The notes under the pieces were generated by a model. That model was given only the letters and a program-made list of their open reading frames with translations, was not told the origin of the DNA and ran no database searches. From assembly GCA_037447605.1 (NCBI GenBank), contig CM074808.1:2232001-2296000 (forward strand): a DNA stretch of 64,000 nucleotides, read 5' to 3'. Within the stretch, counting starts at the first letter, position 1. The number at the start of each line of letters is the position of its first letter. The DNA comes from Zygnema circumcarinatum SAG 698-1b (Eukaryota > Plantae > Zygnematophyceae). A program made the position numbers and the translations under genes. Of this stretch, positions 58,165-64,000 are shown piece after piece.

Positions 58165-60197
58165 ATGGCGGCCGTGGCCAAGCAGAGGCTGGAGAGCATG
58201 GTCGCCTCAGCGATCAAGAGGCAGCGCGACCTGCAGGAGGTGTGGACTTGCAATGCACTGAGGAACTGCAAAATGGGCTGCTGGAGGCGAGGCATCGAAG
58301 CAGCTGACGAGGTATGGGCCGGCGGTGAGGCCGGTGCAGGAGTTGGAGGCGAACGCGGTCATGGTCAGGATGATTGCCGAAGTTATGGAGAAGGAGAATA
58401 ACACTGCAGAGGTGGGCCTATGTTTGTTGTTAGACCTGTGAGAATGCGAAAGTTCGTTTGGAATGAGGTGTGCTCTTTTCGTCTGCTGGAGAAGGTGATG
58501 GAAAGAGTCCCAATTCATGCCTTATATCATAAATTCTTCCTGCATTACTTATGAAAGTTTCTAGATTCCTGTAATTTGCGGAGAACGATTGCAGTATTGG
58601 ACTACTGCAATTTCAAGTCCTGCCGCTTTTGAATTTCTGCTTTTTTGCTCCGTTCAGGTGGAAGGGCTTGGAGAGGCGATCCTAGAGACTGCTCGGGTTC
58701 TTGCTGACTGGGACTCCTACTGTGAAGCGTTGGAAGCGGTTACCCACAAATATTCATACAAATCCGAGGTGGACCCTTGTACCTTAGGTCTGAACTTGAA
58801 GTTTCATGCATGTATGTATGTGTGTGCATGCATGGAACCATCTCGAAGGCTAGTCTTTGTTTGAATTTTCATTGAAAGTGGAGCATGATTGCCTTTTCAG
58901 GTTGTTCCTACAGATTTTGAGGTCCTGATTAGAGAAGAAGTGAAGAAAATCTCTAGGAAAAAGAAGTCGTCGCCGGAAAACCATCCGTGCTATCTTGCGT
59001 TCAAGGAGGCTGTATGGGTAAGCCAGCGCAACACTCAATGATTTCTTAGCCTCTGGAAGGTTGGACATAGATTATGATGGCAGTCCATCTATCCATTGTC
59101 AGCTCTGGCGTGGGAAAAGGTGAGGAAAAAATCCATTTAAAGGCATTATGGCAGTGTTTGGATTCTACCTAGTTTAATGTCCAACTGATGAATGCACATT
59201 GGTGTATGCTCAACAGGTGGAGCTTGTATGATATTGAAGTAGGACCACAAAAAGCATCAGATGTCACCTTCCTTCGAAAGAGTTCTTGACAGATGATATT
59301 ACTCTATTCGGAATAAAGTTCGATTGCTCGAGAATCCACAAGATTTTAACTTCCAAATATCTCGTCCTATCAGTTTTCTTTGAGTAAATTGAGAAACGTA
59401 TGGATAATCCCAGGTTACATTGTATCTGTATCCTGGCAGAATGTGCATCATGCTGGTCAAGCCATGCCTGGAACAGAGGACGAGGAGATGGTGGTAACTT
59501 CAGCGACCGGCTTGGCGAATGTCTCGTGCCCTCTCACTGCTCGGCCTGTGGTCGACCTCGAAGATCCTGTCCGCAGGTTTGTCCATAGATACTTTATGGA
59601 AGCTTGCTGCTTGGCGCACTTATCCTAGTTTTTAAAATTGAAGGACCTCTTTCACTCTTTTGTATTCGATGTACTGTTGTTTGATCGCAACGAGTGCTTA
59701 TTGAGAAATTAAGACTTGTGTCGGTCCGGTTGCAGCACGGAATGCCAACACATATACGATCGTAAGGCCGTCCTTGCATACTTGGGATCAAGACAACGGC
59801 AATGCCCGATTGCGGGTGAGTCCCTCCTCTGCCATGTTTCCGTTCATGAATGCAGTCTGCATGACATTCTAAGGATGGTGGCGAGTTCCTCTGAAGATTA
59901 GTTTTCTCCTCTTATAAGTGTTTTCGTGTCGCTACTAGTTTCAGAGCAGAAACTATAAGCCAGTTCCTGCTATTGCTGATATCTCTCCTTTTTGGCGCTT
60001 GAAAGTTTTGTTCCACAGGCTCAATTGATGGGTGTCTATAGCCGTTTGCCGCTTTATTCCATTGCGCAGGTTGCCCTAAGAAGATTACAGGGAGTGTGGT
60101 GAGTTCTGATGCAAAGCTCTTGATGGAACTGAAAGAAATGCGGATGAGGGCAGCTGGTGCGACTCAACAGTTTGATGACTACACGGAGCTGGACTGA
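58165..60197 (+). CDS. MMS21: SP-RING E3 SUMO ligase MMS21/NSE2, multi-exon
   Basis: HPCYLAFKEAVW|..AGQAMPGTEDEEMVVT..NVSCPLTARPVVDLEDPV|..CQHIYDRKAVLAYL..CPIAG|CPK..LLMELKEMR..DDYTELD*. Confidence 0.92.
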
Positions 60198-61029
60198 CGC
60201 GCAGTCTCCTCTAGCAGCCTCTGTATGTTAATGTTAGTTAGCTCAAGGGCAGGTGACTGAGTCAGGATCGACTGATGCAGTCTGCACATGTACATAGCAA
60301 CCACTTTGGAAGGCATATCTTCTTTGCAGAGATATTTTTGTATTGTGACGTTTCAGGAATTGATCTTTTGTCAAATTGTCATCTTGCCTGAAAAGCGTGG
60401 TTTGTGCGTTTTGCCCGCAAATTCTGACGTCGTGGAGACTCTGCGGAACCTCGTCTGCAATGCTGCAACTGCGGGGTGCGTTCACCACCGTTCACATTGC
60501 ATCAGGTTGTGCGCACAGCCTGCCTTGCGACGATGGCTCGTTCCAAGCACCGGGCTTGTCTTTGCCACGGACCTGACAACGCGTTGCGTTTCGAGATGGC
60601 GCCACAACACACGTGCGCGGTAGATGAGAGGCGGAGTCCAACAACTGGTTGTCCAGAGCCTTGCGCGCCTCAGCGGGCGGGGGAGGTTCCATGGAGAGTT
60701 AGTTGTGCCGGCCGTCGTGTGCGACGCGTCTCCGAGTTTCCATCGGGCCGCATTTTGCCAACGTGGCGCCGACGTGGATGCCACGACAGCGTTTTGGCGC
60801 ACAAAAAAAACTCCGTGCACGCCTGCTCGCAGCCTGCGACCCGCCGTAGCAGTGACGTGACCGCCTCCCGAGGGCGCCGACCGCGTGGCGGCCCAACATG
60901 CACATGCTTGCACCAAAACTGGCGACAGTACAGTAATGGCTAGACCAGAACCAACTGTCTTTGCTTGCACTAGGTCGTAGGGCGCAGCGTCAGGGTACTG
61001 TGAGACGCGATTAATATGCAATTGGGCAG

Positions 61030-64000
61030 TCGTGCCTGTTGAGGAGAAGACGGCAAATGGAACTTCAAGTGGGTACGGCATGTGTGGCTCCGCTTCCACA
61101 TCTACTGGGAGCCTGCTTCCTCATGCAAAGGCAGGCTGGGTAGCTTTCGGTGGGCGGCAATAGTAGTCACTGTATAGCTTCTAACGGGCTGCTGCTGGAA
61201 CCACCTGGCAGTCAGCTATTAAGACACGTCATTCGTTTTGTACAGTCCAGTTTTAATGCGGATTCTCTTGATACTGGAGACCTCTATTGCATCCTTTCAG
61301 TTCGGACGACGAAATTTTTTGAAGGCAGAACCTTCTCATTTGCAGAATTCGACCCATCTGCTTCCTTTTTTTATGCTGTCCTGCTATCGGGTTTCTGAAA
61401 TCCTCGTCGCCATGAGTAGATCGACTCTTGCTATACTGCGTAGAAGGGGCTTGGTGTCCTTGTTGTCTGTCATATGACTTCTCCTCAGTTATCTGAGGAG
61501 AACTTGCACTACGGGCCAATGCAAGCCTCAAAAAAGAGGAGAGAAAAGGAGGGCACCTCCCCAAAAGCAGCAAGACAGAGAACTGCGAAGAACCTGACTG
61601 AACAATGGATTAAGAAAATATTTACAAGAAAGGTCTCTGTACAAAGCAGGAAAGTGGAACTACCCGACCCCTTGCCATAGCTGTCAACATACATGTGGCA
61701 AATCTGTTGTTTATCCTGATCTCCATTAGTCCAAGTAGTAAGGAGCAGCGCTTGCCTCGACACTAAGCGCTCAACGTCGCAGCATATACCCACTAAGTCA
61801 GAGCTTCTTGCCACTCGAAAATAACATGAATGAAGAAAACGGTATGCCAAGGCTCCTCTGTATGAGTTGGTCGATTCCGCGGAATGACCTCGACATCATC
61901 TCCCCATGCGTCCCACACCTCATCGAATTCACCGCTATCATCTGCAGAGGCCTCCCACATCGGCCCTGTTTCCCACTCCGTAGAAGCAGTCGGCGCAAGC
62001 CCCGACAGAGGCCCTTCACTGAACTCTTTCCCTTGTGCTATTCGGAGGCCGCTGACCCCAGAAGGCATGAGAAATAGGCGAGAAATAAATGCAAGAGCTT
62101 TATCAAGACCTCGCCTCAAGCATGCCGCAGCGGCTGCGAGAAGCTGAAGACTGCCTTTTCCGCTGCGCAACTCAAGTTGCCGGGACTCATCACCAGCACC
62201 TTCCGCTGCTGCTGCTTCCCCCTCTATCGGTCGAGCCTGAAATTCAGCTGTCTCCACTTCACCTCCAAGCAAACGAGCCTGGTGACGAAGCCGTCTTGCC
62301 AACCGTTTGTTTTCTTTTTTCAGCCCATCACATTGTTTTTGACTGTCTGCAGAAAAGCCATCGTAATACATTTCAATTTCTTTTCAGGGGAACAACCAGA
62401 TCCCTTATAATCCTAAAACTGAGTTCAAGAAATACCAATATTGCATGCACCTAACAGAATCACCAATTAAGAATAAATTTGGGAGTTAATTTCCAGTTGT
62501 CAGAAACCACACGGTTTAAAATATATATCGACCTACATGCATCCGAAACTTAAAAAAGAACCACAAGACAGTTGAATCAAAAACGTGAAAAAAGTTCGTA
62601 CAAACATGCTTCATTAGATCAGAACAGCGGCACGACTTTATATCAATATGGACTATGCATTGCAACGAACCTTCAAGCTTGTCTGCGGTGGTTTGGAGCT
62701 CTCTCTGGCAACACCTCATGTAGCCATGCAAGGCCCGTTCTGTTGTCACTCGTGTGTACGATTCAAATCGAGCTCTCTGCAAAGCCTCGAGGGCAGCACG
62801 CTCTGCAACTTGCACTCTCTGGAGTAATCCAGCGAAGTGGTGTGTATCCTGTGCAGAATTCCCAAAGACATCTCCGAGAGTTAATGCATCTACAAAAAGA
62901 AACTTCGGAAATTTCTCCATCAACAAAAGTACTTCGTGATGTACAAGTCGAAGCCGTCAGTACACGCACGGAAAATGCAAACAAGCGATAACATGTAGAC
63001 CAGTAAGCAATTCTTCCTGCATTCATCCACCTTCAACCTGTATCGGAAGAAACATCTACAATGTAACCTCAGAAAACGTCGGGAAGGGGCGCTGTGTGAC
63101 CACAATCTTGTCAAATTTTGGCACCGCAGCTTTCAAGGAAGATTGTGCCCCTACTCAGTATGTTTTGCGTAGCGACTGCAACCACCTGGTCATTGATAAG
63201 AAGCACATACTCTAAAACCTCCCAAACCACAGACTTAATGGTCAAGCTATTCGATTCTTTCATCTACATACTTCTTTGCACACTAGGTTTACAAGCGCAT
63301 CTACATGACAACTTTTCATAGTCTGGACCCAAGTGCAAGCACCAAATAGTGCAAAAGCAAAACTCACCATATTTCGCATCCCTAGACTACCGCTCCCTTC
63401 CCCATAACCGCCTCCATCGGCATTTCCAGGACCAGCTAGTCTCGCCAACCCATCATTGCTCCAAATTTCCTCGTTTGTGAGTCGGTCTGGGCTGCTGCCT
63501 TCATTTTTTCTGCCGAAAACCTTACGCAGACCATCTGGGGAGAACAGACAGGGGGCTAAGTGGGCTTCTATTGCTAGCCTCGCAGCTGACAGAGAGGAGC
63601 TCTGCTGCTGTAAGTCGTATATTCTGCACTGAATTTGCTTCAATTGCATTGGCGTTCCGTCAATTGCCACACGACTGTGTTGATGCCTGCTCATTAAGCT
63701 CAAGCTATCCTCGTACGGCAAAATCTCCGCACTGCCAGGGTTGAAATTAGTCAAGTGTGAGTCTGGAACCTCTAAGGTGAAGTTGCCACCTGCAGTTCCC
63801 CCACAGACTTCCTGCAAGAAACTCGCAGACCTCCCACTTTCCACCTCCTGGACAGAGCACAACTGCATCGTAAGACCGCCCAGACGCTGACGATTGTCTT
63901 CCTGCAATACATTGGCGTTCTGATGCTCTTGCTGACCGCACAACGGGCCATTGCCTTGTTCCAACCCAGCAACTCTCCTGCCAAACACCTGCCTCGTGAG
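61030..64000 (-). CDS. Unidentified multi-exon protein, 5' end outside the window, 3' end unresolved (~60.5-61.0 kb)
   Basis: Long open exons with GT-AG flanks: 63368-64000 (..LAIEAHLAPCLFSPDGL..EEIWSNDGL..), ~62720-62930 (LLMEKFPKFLFVDALTLGDVFG..LQRARFESY..), ~61850-62370 (coiled-coil-like DGLKKENKRLARRL) and ~61030-61100 (PYPLEVPFAVFSS). Family not recognised. Confidence 0.6.

Noticed and set aside
41253-60197. Functional cluster of ubiquitin/SUMO ligases (RING, HECT, SP-RING, plus F-box ARP8)
   Set aside because: E3 genes are very numerous in plant genomes, and these belong to unrelated pathways. Apart from the UPL5/MMS21 head-to-head pair, chance is sufficient.
1-64000. rRNA, intact tRNA or snRNA genes, prokaryotic operons or defence systems
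   Set aside because: None recognised. The gene structure (spliceosomal introns, plant-specific families) is eukaryotic throughout.

Overview
Eukaryotic nuclear DNA from the green-plant (streptophyte) lineage. It is intron-rich and microsatellite-rich, with three assembly gaps (1952-1961, 7935-7944, 19923-20022). A streptophyte alga is plausible, but that is inference from the plant-type gene families and plant-type telomere motifs. About 13 protein genes can be reconstructed by eye from GT-AG exons. In order: 3' part of an M16 peptidase, F-box/actin ARP8, an STN7/8-like probable pseudokinase, a LYR protein, an OXLD1-like protein, a conserved plant membrane protein, a WD40 protein, a tandem four-helix-bundle (MLKL-NTD/RPW8-like) gene, a LOG2/MGRN1-type RING E3, an MFSD5-like transporter, a UPL5-like HECT E3, MMS21/NSE2, and an unidentified 5'-truncated gene. 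The most interesting part is the accessory island at 36.0-39.9 kb. It holds a spliced ORF with two MLKL-N-terminal-like helical bundles fused to a decayed RLK/Pelle kinase. It sits between two ~1.07-kb direct repeats that themselves carry kinase remnants and a promoter, which looks like a birth-and-death cluster of MLKL-like immune/cell-death genes. Other highlights are a mitochondrial nad7 fragment inside an intron, an inverted pair of perfect ERSE (CCAAT-N9-CCACG) elements, a ~60-unit degenerate telomeric array in an intron, and three head-to-head gene pairs. No rRNA, intact tRNA, CRISPR array or intact transposon was found. All homology calls come from motif recognition, not from database searches.
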